A stretch of DNA of 64,000 nt from Pristiophorus japonicus (GCF_044704955.1 NC_091980.1:176700001-176764000), one strand, 5' to 3'. Counted from the first letter of the stretch, positions 12,336-25,086 are shown. The notes: generated by a model not told the origin, from the sequence alone. Numbers and translations are program-made.

Positions 12336-12834
12336 ATGGGTAGGGCCTTTTTATGGGCGTGTTGGATCAATTTCTGCACAGCTCCCTTCCCACAGAGAGC
12401 TTTCCTCTTTCACTGAGCCCTTTTTATGTGGAACATTAATGTGCGTCACTTACCTGCGACTGGGATCTTAGATTGGAATCTTTGTTTTTCTTGTTTTATC
12501 TCGTGGGGGGAAGGGGAAAGAGAATCTGGGTTAAGTAGTATAAGTGATCACATTCTCTGTGTTGGCGGTACAAAGGTCTGATTATCCTCGCATGGTACAG
12601 TTATCGGGCAATCTCAGTTATGTCAAGATGAAGCCTTTTGTGCAATGATCAGATGATTCCTTCGGGAGTTGCCAAGTCACAAAATTAACAAAACCGCAGT
12701 TATACTTTTACTAAACTCTCATTCAACTTCTTAAAGGCAGTGCCTCGCTTTTCTGGTCTGTGTGTCTGCCTGTTTGTCTCTTGCTTTGCCTCGGCAACAC
12801 ATCCCGTGTTTTTCCTGTTACATTGTGGGGGTTT

Positions 12835-13200
12835 TCTCTTGAATCAGTAGGTTGTGGGTTCAAGTCCCCACTCCAGAGACTTGAGTATGAAGTCTAGACT
12901 GACACTCCCAGTGCAGTGCCGAGGGAGTGCTGCTCAGTCAGAGATGCCGTCTTTAAGATGAGACATTAAGCTAAGGCTCCGTCTCCCCTCTCGGGTGGGC
13001 TAATTTGTAGAAGAGCAGGGAGTTCTCCCCGGTGTCCTGGCCAATATGTATCCCTCAACCAACATCACTGAAACAGCTTATCTGGTCATTATCACATTAC
13101 TGTTTGCAGAACCTTGCTGTGTAAAATTTGGCTGCCGCGTTCCTACATTACGATAGTGAATTGGCTGCAAAATTGGCTGTGAAGTGCTTTGGGATGGTCT
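12835..13200 (+). mobile_element. DeuSINE
   Basis: B-box-like gggttcaagtccc followed by the Deu domain. Confidence 0.85.
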
Positions 13201-13204
13201 GAGA

Positions 13205-13240
13205 TCTCGCTCTCTCCCCCTCTCATCTCTATCCATTTTT

Positions 13241-13293
<53 letters not shown>

Positions 13294-13620
13294 TTTCACT
13301 TTCTGTTGTGCTCTCTGTCTTTCACTTGTCTCTCTCCCATCTTTCTCTCCCTTTGTTTCATTTACTTTCTCTCTCTCTCTCTCTCTCCCCTTCGTGTGTC
13401 TCTTTCTCTCTCACTTGTCTCGTGCTCTCTTTTTTGTGTGTGTGTATCTATCTGTCTCATTCTCATTCTCTCTCTCGCTCCTCTATGTCTGTGGGTGTGT
13501 CCACTTCTTTCTGTGTGTATCTATCTGTATCTGCTTGTGCTCTCTCTGCTCTGTCTCTTCCACTCTCTCCCATTCTTTCTCCCCTCTCAGTCTTTCTCTT
13601 TCTCTTCCCCCTCTGTCTCG
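13205..13620. repeat. (TG)n microsatellite and CT-rich low-complexity tract
   Basis: Directly visible. Confidence 0.9.
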
Positions 13621-13824
13621 TGCGAAGTGAGGGTAATCTCGGCTCCTACCCTGGCTGTGTACAGTGGGTTGCTGTTGTTTGTCTGATCTGATTGTTGCTC
13701 TAACAATAGACAGTCCGCTGAAGGCAGTGTCATACTCTGGGCAGGAATGTGCCAGCTGTCCAGCTCTGCTATCGGTGCTATTAACCCTTTTGGCACTAAA
13801 CTAGTTTGTCATTGAAAAGAAGCT

Positions 13825-14255
13825 AAGAACTTGCATTTATATAGCACCTTTCATGGCAAAGGACACCCAAAAACTTTATGGCCAATGAAGTACTTTTGAA
13901 GTGTCGTCACTGTTGTAATGTAGGCAAACACCCCCTGTGTTTGGGCACAGCAGGATCCCACAGACCACTGCAAGATAATGACCAACTATCTCCCCTGCTC
14001 TTCTTTGAAATTGTGTCGTGGGATCTTTAGCATACACCAGAGAGGGCAGATTTACTCCAGCTTAACGTCCCATCTGAAAGACAGCACCTCCGACAGTGCA
14101 ACACCCTCTCAGCACTGCACTGGGAGTGTAGGCCGAGATTTTGTGCTCAAGTTTCTGGAGTGGGACTTGAACTCATCACCTTCTGACAGTTGAGAATGTA
14201 ACACGCTGATTCTGACTCTGAGGCGAATTTGCTACCAACCAAGCGCAGCTGACAA
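13825..14255 (-). mobile_element. DeuSINE
   Basis: Reverse-complement match to the other SINE copies. Confidence 0.85.
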
Positions 14256-14624
14256 TTGACAAGTGGCTATCGATGATGGTAGTCATGGGATGGAGATGTG
14301 TGTGTGAAGGAAGGGTGAACAAGAACCCAATACGCAAGAGCCTTCAGGTGCAGAGGGGAGCCAGTAGAGTGTGCGTTGGGGGGGGGCCGGGAAGGTGAGA
14401 GAACTCCGAAGTATTGGCCACACTGAATGTATTCCTGCCCCCTCTGATGTCACAATGAGCACATTGATGCTGACACCAGCTTCCAGCTCCACTGAGCAGC
14501 ATGAAGGGCTTCTTTTGTACATGTGTGTAGACAGAATGAATCCTGATGAGGATTTGGACAGTGGATGAGGGGTTTGGACAGCCTTGCTCAACGTGGAGAT
14601 GTTTCTGCTGAGATGAAACTCAAT

Positions 14625-15025
14625 CACAGAATCTTACAGGACACAAGGAGGCCATTTGGCTCATCATGCCTGTGACGGCTCTTTGAAAGAGCTATCCAGT
14701 TAAACCCGCTCTTTCCCCGTAGCCCTGCAAATTTTTCCTTTTATAAGAATCTAGCCAATTCCCTGTTTGAAAGTTATAATTGACTCTGCTTCTCCCACCC
14801 TTTCAGACACTGTTATAGATCACCGTAACTCGCTACGTTAAAAATAAAATTCTCATCTCCCTGCTAGTTCTTTAGCCAATTACTTTAAATCTGTGTCTAC
14901 TGGTTACAGGCCCTCCTGGCAGTGAAAACAATTTATTCCATCAAAATCCTTCATGATTCTGAACATTTCTATTAAATCACCCTTAATCTTCTCTGCTCTA
15001 AGGAGAACAATCCCAGCTTCTCTAG
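14625..15025 (-). mobile_element. Old CR1 3' end
   Basis: Reverse complement resembles the CR1 C-terminus/3'UTR also seen at 10150-10300 and 60200-60530. Confidence 0.7.
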
Positions 15026-15152
15026 TCATAACACGAAAGAAAAATATGTGTCACCATAACAGTCTGATCATTCGCTACACCCACTTCATTCCAGCTATCT
15101 GTACAATAGAGTAGGACAAGTATCACCGGGTTCATGTCACGCTACCGAACAC

Positions 15153-15356
15153 GACAGTGTGATGGAGCTGGATTAACATCAGTAGAGATACAGTCAGTAA
15201 CACAGGATGCTGGGGGAGGGGTTACTGAGTGACAGTGTGATGGAGCTGGATTAACATCAGTAGAGATACATTCAGTAACACAGGGTACTGGGGTAGGGGT
15301 TACTGAGTGACAGTGTGGGGGAGCTGGATTAACATCAGTAGAGATACAGTCAGTAA
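15153..15356. repeat. 78-bp minisatellite, ~2.6 copies
   Basis: Units start at 15153, 15231 and 15309 (gacagtgtg...gctggattaacatcagtagagatac). Confidence 0.92.
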
Positions 15357-15584
15357 GTGGTGCATTATCCTGACCATTCCTGCTGGGAGCAGATTTAATT
15401 GTGGTATTGCTCAATTACAGATCTCATTATTTACCGTCGTTAGCCTGTGGCTAAAGTGTGGTTTTTGCGCAACTCCGAATGAAGCCCAGTGGATTGACGA
15501 TCTGTTTTAATAATACATGGCAACAGAATGAGTCTCTTGGCTGTTGCTATGGAGACTGCTTTGCTGGTTACTAAATGCAGTAAG

Positions 15585-16008
15585 ATAGAACATGCATTTC
15601 ATATAATGCCTTTCATGACCTCAGGCTGTCCAAAAGCACTTTACAGCCAATGAATAACTTTTGAAGTACAGTCACTGTTATAATCTAGGAACTGTGGCAG
15701 CCAATTTGCAAACAGCATTGTGATGATGGCCAAGTAATCTATGATGCTGGTTGTGGGATAAATATTGGCCAGGACTCTCAACTCCCCTGCTCTTTTTTGA
15801 AATCGTGTCATGGGATCTTTTACATCCACCTGTGGGGCACCCAGGGCCTTGGTTTAACATCTTGTCAGAAAGACAGCACCTCCGACAGTGCACTCCCTCA
15901 GCACTGCACTAGGAGTGTCAGCCTCGAATATGGGCTCAAATTGCTGGACTGGAGCTCAAATCCACAACCTTCTGACTCCGAGGCGAGTGTGCTACCGACT
16001 GAGCCAAG
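15585..16008 (-). mobile_element. DeuSINE, near full length
   Basis: Reverse-complement tRNA-like head and Deu domain. Confidence 0.88.
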
Positions 16009-17427
16009 TTATAAAAGTGGGAGGGAAGGATTCTTGATGTTAGAGCCATGGGTCGCTCTTGTTGCAGTCCGATGAAGCTCTGGTCTAGAGGTGAGGATGA
16101 AATCAGGGGTATTATTTAGCAGTCCTTGCTTGCTCCCTCGCTTGCTCTCCTGAAGGCAGTGACTTATTCTGAGGTGCTGACTGGCACTGCCAACCCTGGG
16201 TACCTCATCCTGGTTCCTATTATTCATACCTGAGCCGAGATGGTGAGTGGCAGATTGTGTCGTGGTGCCCTCGCCCACCATCCACACAGAATGGTGTGGA
16301 GTTCGGAGGCTATGATTACTGGTTGGAGATCAGGAAGCGGGAAACCTTAGAAGATCCCTTTTCACCTCCTCCTTTCGCCCACACACATCCTGAAAATACT
16401 TCCCCCATACCCCTCACAAGTTACAACCACTCGACTTAATCAGCTGGATCAATGCTGCTTTCTGGCACTTGACCGGGGAGGGCAGGCTATTCAGCCTTTC
16501 GTGATTTTGAGGCCTCGCTCTCAGTTTAAATCTGGCAGGCGAGCTGCGGAGGGCCAAACTGGACTGCCGATTCAGGGGCAGCCGCTAGCAAGGTAGGCCA
16601 TGCGGGGAGGTCGTGATCGTGGAAGGTGGGGGGACCCGGGGCAGCGGCGGCCCAGATTATTCATTCCTGCTCCTCCGATACTCCCCAAGAATAATTCGAC
16701 ACTTACTTTTGCCGGGCCTCTTTGGTTCCATTGCCCGTGGGACTGGGTGGGAGTGAGCACTGTGAAGGTTCCAACCAGTCCCGACCTAAAATGGCAACTG
16801 GGGTCCTATTTTCGTTACAGATCTCTGATTCTCATATTGGTAGGGGTCCTATTGCCTGAAACAGGCGGGCGGCTTGGACATCCGGTGGAAGGCCCCTTTC
16901 AAAATGGCGCCGGCCACCTTACTAGTGTTGATGTAACTTTGTAACTTCCTGCTCCCACCTACACAGCTTGATGTCCCTTCTATCTTCATTGATGGAACAC
17001 ATAACAGGAGCTTCGCAGAGGGCCTGCAATATGACCGGTTGAAGCACAGTTGTCTTTTCTTTAGTCAACTATGTCGTCATCAAGACAGAGGATTTTGCAC
17101 TGGGGAATGGAACACTTCCCATTTCAATGCACCTAGTGTCAGCATTAGCCACTCCAAAATATATAACTGGGATAGATACATGCCAAAGTTCGCTCGACTC
17201 TGTCCTAACCATTTGACTAATGCCCTAAAACCACCAACTGTCTGAGTGAAGTCTCCAATTTAGTGGCAATTTGTAGATGTTTTGGTGCAGTAACTGAGCC
17301 TGTCCAAATCTATCTCCCAATGGACCATTCAAGCCAGCTGGCAGAGCAGAATTTCAACGCGTTGTTCTGAGCTGATCTCTTGCCGTGAAGGCTGCACCAC
17401 CTAGTTCCTACACACATGTGACCTCCC

Positions 17428-18105
17428 AACAACAAGAACTTGCATTTATATAGCGCCTTTAACATAGTCAAACATCCCAAGGCGCTTCACATGAAAAGAG
17501 GGAAATGGTACAAGAATTGACACCAAGCCAAGGACCTAGATCTGGAAAGTGGGATTAGGCTGAATAGCTCTTTGTCGGCCGGCATGGACACGATGGGCCG
17601 AATGGCCTCCTTCTCTGATGTAAATTTCTATGATTCTATTGTATGCCAATAGTGACTGGCTCTAAACACAATGGTCAATCAATCGACTAATTTCTGCTTT
17701 TTATATTTTTATTTTTTATATTTTTATATTAGGATATGTAACAAAGCTTGGTCAAAGAGATGGGCTTTAAGGAGTGTCTTAAAGGAGGAGACAGAGATTT
17801 AGAGAGGCGATTACAGAACTTTGGGCCTAGTTGGCTGAAGGCACAGCCACCAGTGATGGAGCGATGAAAATCGGGGATGCACAAGGTTACATTTAGAGGA
17901 GCGCAGAGATTGAGGACGGAGGGGTGGTTGTAGGGCTGGAGAAGGTTACAGAGATGAGGAGGGGCGAGGCCATGAAGGAATTTGAAAACTAGGATGAGAA
18001 TTTTAAAGCCGAGGTGTTGTCAGACCGAGAGCCACTGTAGATCAGCGAGCACAGGGGTGATGGGGGAATGGGACTTGGTGCGAGCTAGGATATGGGCAGC
18101 AGGGG
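17428..18105 (-). mobile_element. L2 LINE 3' fragment containing a short CR1 tail at ~17535-17640
   Basis: caacaacaagaacttgcatttatatagcgcc tail; body matches 25615-26030 and 31655-32200. Confidence 0.75.
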
Positions 18106-18197
18106 TTTAAGACCAGTTCTGACCCTCACGTTTGCGATTTGTAAATGCAGCAGTTCCTACGTTCACTGATTTCTGTCCTTTATTTGGTTCTTTGCAG

Positions 18198-18392
18198 ACT
18201 GCCGGCAGCCATTGCAACCAGAAAATGGCGGCTTTGCTTGCCACCCCACACCCTGCTCCAAATTCGTGGCCAGCACGGTCATCGAGTACTTCTGCGACGA
18301 GGGCTACACACTGAAGAGAGATTACAAATTCCTGACCTGCGAGGATGGAGAGTGGCAGCCCCCGATGGAGGTCAGCTGCAGGTTCAACCCAG
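18198..18392 (+). CDS. SUSD6: SUSD6 exon encoding the Sushi/CCP domain
   Basis: ttctttgcag|AC...CCAG|gtcagt; encodes CRQPLQPENGGFACHPTPCSKFVASTVIEYFCDEGYTLKRDYKFLTCEDGEWQPPMEVSCRFNP, closely resembling vertebrate SUSD6 (KIAA0247/DRAGO) as I recall it. Confidence 0.95.
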
Positions 18393-19332
18393 GTCAGTGC
18401 TGGAACCTGGGAACAACTTCCATTTATATAGCGCCTGTCACGACCTCGGGGCGTCCCAAAGCGCTTTACAGCCAATTAAGTAATTTTTGAAGTTGTAATG
18501 TAGGAAACGAGACAGCCTAATTGCGCACAGCAAGCTCTCGTATCCATCAATGAGATAATGTTGGCGAGGACACTGGGGAGAAAGCCCCTGCTTTTCTTCG
18601 AATATTGCGGTGGGATCTTCCACCTGAGAGGGTAGACAGAGCCTCGGTTTTACTGACGCCAGCTTTTTAAAAGTGAATTTAAATTCTCAAACTGGCATGG
18701 TAGAATTTGGACTTGCGCTCTCTGGATTACTGGCCCCAGAAAATGGGGGCTTCGCATGCCACCCTCCGCGTGTACACCACTCTTGATTGCCCACGCAAAG
18801 AGAATTTTGTTAACCCATCAACCATCTTAACGGTTATGGTAGCATTGTGATTATGTTACTGGACTAGTAATCCAGAGGTCTGGACTAATGATCCAGAGAC
18901 GCAAGTTCAAATTTAAATTAAGTTAATGAAATCAATCTGGAATAAAAAGCTAGTGTCAGTAACGGTGACCATGAAACTATCGGAGTGTCGTAAAAACCCA
19001 GCTGGTTCACTAATGTCCTTTAGGGAGGAAATCTGCCACCCTTACCTGGTCTGGCCTACATGTGACTCCCGATTCTTAACTGCTCTCTGAAATGGCCTAG
19101 CAAGCCACTTAGTTGTACACAACCGCTACAAAAAACAACAATATAAATAAAACCGGACGGACCACCTGGCATCGACCTCGGCACCGTCTACGGACACGAC
19201 AACGGCACACCCATCCCAGTCGACCCTGCAAAGTGCTCCTCACTAACATCTGGGGACTTGTGCCAAAATTGGGAGAGCTGTCCCACAGACGAATCAAGCA
19301 AGAGTCGGATATAGTCATACTAATGGAATTTA

Positions 19333-20830
19333 TACATAGAAACATAGAAAATAGGAGCAGTAGTAGGCCATTCACACCTTCGAGTCTGCACTGCCATTCA
19401 ATATGATCAGGGCTGATCCTCTATCTCAACACCATATTCCTGCTTTTTCCCCATACCCCTTGATGCCTTTTGTTTCTAGAAATCTATCTATCTTCCTCTT
19501 AAGTATATTCAGTGACTTGGCCTCCACAGCCTTCTGAGTGAAAAAATTTCTCCTCATCTCGGTCCTAAATTTCCTATCCTGTATCCTGAGACTGTGACCC
19601 CTTGTTCTAGACTTTCCAGCCAGGGAAACATCCTCCCTGCATCCAGTCTATCCAACCCAGTCCGAATTTTATACGTTTCAATGAGATCCCTTCTCATTCT
19701 TCTAAACTCTAGTGAATACAGGCCTAGTCAACCCAATCTCTCCTCATACGACAGTCCTGCCATCCCAGGAATCAGTCTAGTGATCCTTCGCTGCACTCCC
19801 TCAATGGCAAGTATATCCTTTCTTAGATAAGGAGACCAAAACTGCACACACTACTCCAGGTGCGGTCTCACCAAGGCCCTGTATAACTGTAGTAAGACAT
19901 CTTTGTTCCTATACTCAAATCCTCTTGCAATGAAGGCCAACATACCATTTGCCCAGGTCCCGCTGTACATCGACACTTCCCAAGCCATCACCATTTAAAT
20001 ATTACTTTGTCCTTATGTTTTTCCTACCAAGGTGGATAACTTCACATTTATCCACGTTATACTGCATCTGCCATGTGTTTGCCCACTCACTCAACCTATC
20101 TAAATCACCTTGCAGCATCTTTGCATCCTCCTCACAACTCACAATCCCACCTAGTTTTGTGTCGTCAGCAAACTTGGAAATATTACATTTGGTTCCCTCG
20201 TCCAAATCATTTTTATATATATATATATATATATATTGTGAATAGTTGGGGCCCAAGCACTGGCCCCTCTGGTACCCCACTAGTCACTGCCTGCCACCCC
20301 AAAAAAGACCCGTTTATTCCTACTCTTTGTTTCCTGTCAGTAACCAATTTTCAATCTATGCCAATACATTACCCCCAATCCTATGTGCTTTAATTTTGCA
20401 CACTAACCTCTTATGTGGGACGTTATCAAAGTCTGAAAATCCAAATACACTACATCCACTGGTTCTCCCTTATCTATTCTATCAGTTACATCCTCAAGAA
20501 ACGTGAGTAGGTTTGCCAAACATGATTTTCCTTTCATAAATCCATGTTGACTTTGTTTAATCCCGTTGATATTATCTAAGTGTGCCGTTCTCTCATCCTT
20601 TATAATAGACTCCAGCATTTTCCCTACTACTGATGTCCCTACTAACCGGTCTGCAGTTCCCTGTTTTCTCTCTCCTTTTTTAAATAGTGGGGTTACATTT
20701 GCCACCCTCCAATCTGCAGGAACTGTTCCATAATCTATAGAATTTTGGAAGATGACAACCAATGCATCTACTATTTCCATGGCTACCTCTTTTAGTACTC
20801 TGGGATGCAGATCATCAGGCCCTGGGCCTT
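19333..20830 (-). mobile_element. CR1 LINE fragment nested in the preceding LINE
   Basis: Minus-strand ORFs 20403-20780 and 20002-20280 (WRVANVTPLFKKG, FADDTKLGG); (TTTCTATG)n tail at the left. Confidence 0.93.
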
Positions 20831-21654
20831 TTAGTCAATGTCCCAGACTCCTCCATCACCATCCAGAGGTGGCAGCACAGTGGTATATACTTTGGAGGGA
20901 GTGGCTCTGGGAGTCCTCAACATTGGCTTGGGACCCCATGAAGTCTCATGGCTTCAGACCAAGCATGGGCAAGGAAACCTCCTGCTGATTACCACCTACT
21001 GCCCTCCCTCAGCTGATGAATCAGTATTCCTCCATGTTGAACACCATTTGGAAGAATAACTAAAGGTAGTGAGGGCACAGAATGTACTCTGGGTGGGGGA
21101 CTTCAATGTCCAAGAGTAGCTCGGTAGCATCACTACTGACCGAGCTGGCCGAGTCCTGAAGGACATAACTGCCAGACTGGGCCTGCGGCAGGTGGTGAGA
21201 GAACCAACATGAGGAAAAAACTTACTTTACCGTGTCCTCGCCAATCTACCTGTCGCAAATGCATCTGTCCATGGCAGCATTGGTAGCAGTGATCACCGCA
21301 CAGTCATTATGGAGATGAAGTCTCGTCTTCACACTGAGGACATCCTCCATTGTGTTGTGTGGCAGAACAGAACAGATCTAGCAGCTCAAAACTGGGCATC
21401 CATGAGGCGCCGTGGGCCATCAGCAGCAGCAGAATTTATTCCACCTCAATCTGTAACCTCATGGCCCGGCATATCCCTCACTCTACCATTACATCCACCT
21501 GCGAGGGAAGATAAAGACTTGGCTCAACATCTGGAGTGTCAGCCTAGATTATGTGCTCAAGTTTCTGGAGTGAAACTTGAACCCACGACTTTGATTCAGG
21601 TGAGAGTACTACCTACTGAGCAACAGCAAGCAAAAAAAGTGTAGCAAGTAGAGA

Positions 21655-22832
21655 AACAAAGAAACATAGAAAATAGATGCAGGAGTAGGCCATTCGGCCC
21701 TTCGAGCCTGCACCACCATTCAATATGATCATGACTGATCATGCAACTTTAGTACCCCTTTCCTGCTTTCTCTCCATACCCCTTGATCCCTTTAGCTGTA
21801 AGGGCCACATCTAACTCCCTTTTGAATATATCTAACAAACTGGCCTCAACAAATTTCAGTGGTAGAGAATTCCACAGGCTAACAATTCTGAGTGAAGAAG
21901 TTTCTCCTTATCTCAGTCCTAAATGGCTTACCCCTTATCCTTAGACTGTGACCCCTGGTTCTGGACTTCCACAACATTGGGAACATTCTTCCTGCATCTA
22001 ACCTGTCCAATCCCGTCAGAATTTTATGTTTCTATGAAATCCCCTCTTATTCTTCTAAATTCCATTGAGTAGAAGCCTAGTCAATCCAGTCTTTCTTTCT
22101 TATGTCAGTCCTGCCATCCCGGGAATCAGTCTGGTGAACCTTTGCTGCACTCCCTCAATAGCAAGAATGTCCTTCCTCAGATTAGGAGTCCAAAACTGTA
22201 CACAATAGTCAAGGTGAGGCCTCACCAAGGCCCTGTACAAATGTAGTAAGACCTCCATGCTCCTATACTCAAATCCTCTCGCTATGAAGGCCAACATGCC
22301 ATTTGCCGCCTTCACCGCCTGCTGTACCTGCATGCCAACTTTCAATGACTGATGTACCATGACACCCAGGTCTTGTTGCACTTCCCCTTTTTCTAATCTG
22401 TCACCATTCAGATAATATTCTGCCTTACTGTTTTTGCCACCAACGTGAATAACCTCACATTTATCCACATTATACTGCATCTGCCATGCATTTGCCCACT
22501 CACCTAACCTATCCAAGTCACCCTGCAGCCTCTGAGTATCCTCCTCACAGCTCTCACTGCCACCCAGCTTAGTGTCATCTGCAAACTTGGAGATATTACA
22601 TTCAATTCCTTTGTCTAAATCATTAATGTATATTGTAAATAGCTGGGATCCCAGCACTGAACCTTGCGGTACCCCACTAGTCACTGCCTGCCATTCTGAA
22701 AAGGACCCGTTTATTCCTACTCTTTGCTTCCTGTCTGCCAACCAGTTCTCTATCCACATCAATACATTACCCCCAATACCATGTGCTTTAATTTTGCACA
22801 CCAATCTCTTTTGTGTGGGACCTTGTCAAAAG
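21655..22832 (-). mobile_element. CR1 LINE 3' fragment
   Basis: ORF 22100-22804 ([18 protein letters not shown]); tail at the left. Confidence 0.93.
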
Positions 22833-22948
22833 CCAGAGATATATTGGTTGAGGTGCACTGATTTAACTCGACCAAACCAGAGACTTATTCTATAAAAGCA
22901 CTTTGGGAGCCGGACAAAAAGTCCATTTTAAAAGTAGAGGCATATTTA

Positions 22949-23555
22949 TCATAGGCAGTCCCTCGAAATCGAGGAAGACTTGCTTCCACTCTAAAAGTGA
23001 GTTCTCCGGTGACTGAACAGTCCAATACGGGAATTACAGTCTCTGTCACAGGTGGGACAGACAGTCGGTAAAGGAAAGGGTGGGTGGGGAGTCTGGTTTG
23101 CCGCACGCTCCTTCCGCTGCCTGCGCTTGGTTTCTGCATGCTCTCGGCGATGAGACTCGAGGTGCTCAGCGCCCTCTCGGATGCTCTTCCTCCACTTCGG
23201 GCGATCTTGGCCAGAGATTCCCAGGTGCTGATGGAGATGTTGCACTGTATCAAGGAGGCTTTGAGGGTGTCCTTGAAACGTTTCCTCTGCCCACCTGGGG
23301 TTCGCTTGCCATGCAGGAGTTCCAAATAGAACGCTTGCTTTGGGAGTCTTGTGTCTGATGATGTGGCCCGCCCAATGGAGCTGGTCCAGTGTGGTCAGTG
23401 CTTCGATGCTGGGGATGTTGGCCTGAGCGAGAACACTGATGTTGGTGCAAGTCCTCCCAGTGGATTTGCAGGATGTTACGGAGGCAGCGTTGGTGGTATT
23501 TCTCCAGCGCTTTGAGGTGGCTACTGTACATGGTCCACGTCTCTGAGCCATATAG
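22949..23555 (-). mobile_element. RTE LINE 3' fragment (part of a duplicated block)
   Basis: ELLHGKRTPGGQRKRFKDTLKASL and CPTCDRDCNSRIGLFSH zinc-finger-like C-terminus. Confidence 0.9.
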
Positions 23556-24335
23556 TACAGCTACAACACTGACATCAACCTAACAATACGGAAAACCGCC
23601 CAGCTATGTCCTATCCACAAAAAGCAGGACAAATCCAATCTGGCCAATTACTGCCCCATAAGTCAACTCTCAATCATCAGCAAAGTGATGGAAGGTGTCT
23701 CCGTTGACAGTGCTATCAAGCAGCACTTACTCACCAATAACCTGCTCACTGATGCTCAGTTTGGTTTCTGCCAGGACAACTCGGCTCCAGACCTCATTAC
23801 AGCCTTGGTCCAAACATGGACAAAAGATTGAATTCCAGAGGTGAGGGGAGAGTGACTGCCCTTAACATCAAGGCAGCATTTGACCGAGTGTGGCATCAAG
23901 GAATACTAGTACAATTAAAGTCAATGGGAATCAGGGGGAAAACTCTCCACTGGCTGGAGTCATACCTAGCATAAAGGAAGATGGTTGTGGTGGTTGGAGG
24001 TCAATGATCCCAGCCCCAGGACATTGCTGCAGGAGTTCCTCAGAGCAGTGTCCTAGGCCCAACCACTTTCAGCTGCTTCATCAATGACCTTCCCTCCATC
24101 ATAAGGTCAAAATGGGTTTGTTCGCTGATGATTACACAGTGTTCAATTTCATTCGCAACTCCTCAGATAATGAAACAGTCCATGCCCGCATGCAGCAAGA
24201 CACCAACGCTGCCTCCGCAACCCCTTCAGCCTGATTTACACTGAGTATTTTAGATTATTGGTCACATGGCATTGTTAAAACCTGTGATTTACAGATGTAC
24301 AGGTGTGCTAATTCTGTTTAACCTCCTCCATTTAG

Positions 24336-24474
24336 GTAAAGACGCAGGAGCCAGTATTGGAGTCCCGACACTGTCAATAGTTGCGTCCACTGCCAGCTCT
24401 GTCGCCCTGATCCTCCTCCTGGTGGTTTTATTTGTTTTACTGCAACCAAAACTGAAATCGTTTCACCACAACAG
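24336..24474 (+). CDS. SUSD6: SUSD6 exon encoding the transmembrane helix
   Basis: ccatttag|GT...ACAG|gtgagt; encodes GKDAGASIGVPTLSIVASTASSVALILLLVVLFVLLQPKLKSFHHNR; phases fit both neighbouring exons. Confidence 0.96.
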
Positions 24475-24499
24475 GTGAGTGAAGAGCCAGCAGAAGGGC

Positions 24500-24812
24500 A
24501 TGAGAGTCTGGGTCACTGGGGGGGAGGGGGGGTATTGTGAGTCTGGGACACTGAGGGAAGGGGGGGAGGTGGACTGTGAGTCTGGGACACTGGGAGAGGG
24601 GGGTGATGTGTGTCTGGGTCACTGGGAGGCGGGGGGGTGATGCGAGTCTGGATCACTGGGGTGGGGGGTGATGTGAGTCTGGGACACTGGGGGTGGGGGG
24701 TGATGGGTGATGTGAGTCTGGGACACTGGGAGGTGGGGGGGGGTGATGTGAGTCTGAGTCACTGGGAGAGCGGTGGGGGGGGGGGGGGCGGGGGGAAATG
24801 CGAGTCTGGGAT
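24500..24812. repeat. Degenerate G-rich minisatellite (gtgatgtgagtctgggacactgggg..), ~8-9 copies
   Basis: Directly visible just after the TM-exon donor. Confidence 0.85.
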
Positions 24813-25086
24813 TGTGGGGGTAGGGGGTTGGCGGCGAGGTGATTCCGGGACCTTGTTATGGAGCCAAGGCGGATAGATGAAGTTAACAGACAGATCAGTC
24901 ATGATCTAATTGAATGGTTGAACAGGCTCGAGGGGCTGAATGCCCTCCTCCTGTTCCGAATGTTCCTCAAGGCTTCCTGAGGTCTTGGTCAATGTGAAAG
25001 CTCCACTTGACCTAACCGTGTGTGTGTGTCTCTGTTCCCAGGTGAGATCAGGGAGCCTAATCTTGTGTATTTGTGTCTGTCCCCAG

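Larger units (their letters stand above)
18832..24200 (+). mobile_element. Decayed APE-RT LINE (CR1/L2/Jockey-group-like) with tRNA-like 5' head; pieces at 18832-19330, 20835-21490 and 23555-24200
   Basis: Endonuclease motifs LLTNIWGLVPKLGEL, DIVILME, YCPPS, VGDFN, SDH; RT-like motifs PIHKKQDKSN.ANY, IKAAFDRVW, GVPQ.SVLGP, FADD; continuity broken by nested insertions. Confidence 0.8.

Noticed and set aside
15153-15356. Regularly spaced repeats suggestive of a CRISPR-like array (also 9484-9625 and 24500-24812)
   Set aside because: Whole units repeat with no unique spacers, in a eukaryotic context.
16500-16920. GC-rich patch resembling a promoter or MITE remnant (similar patch at 39772-40130)
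   Set aside because: Paired TIRs, TSDs and promoter evidence could not be defined by eye.
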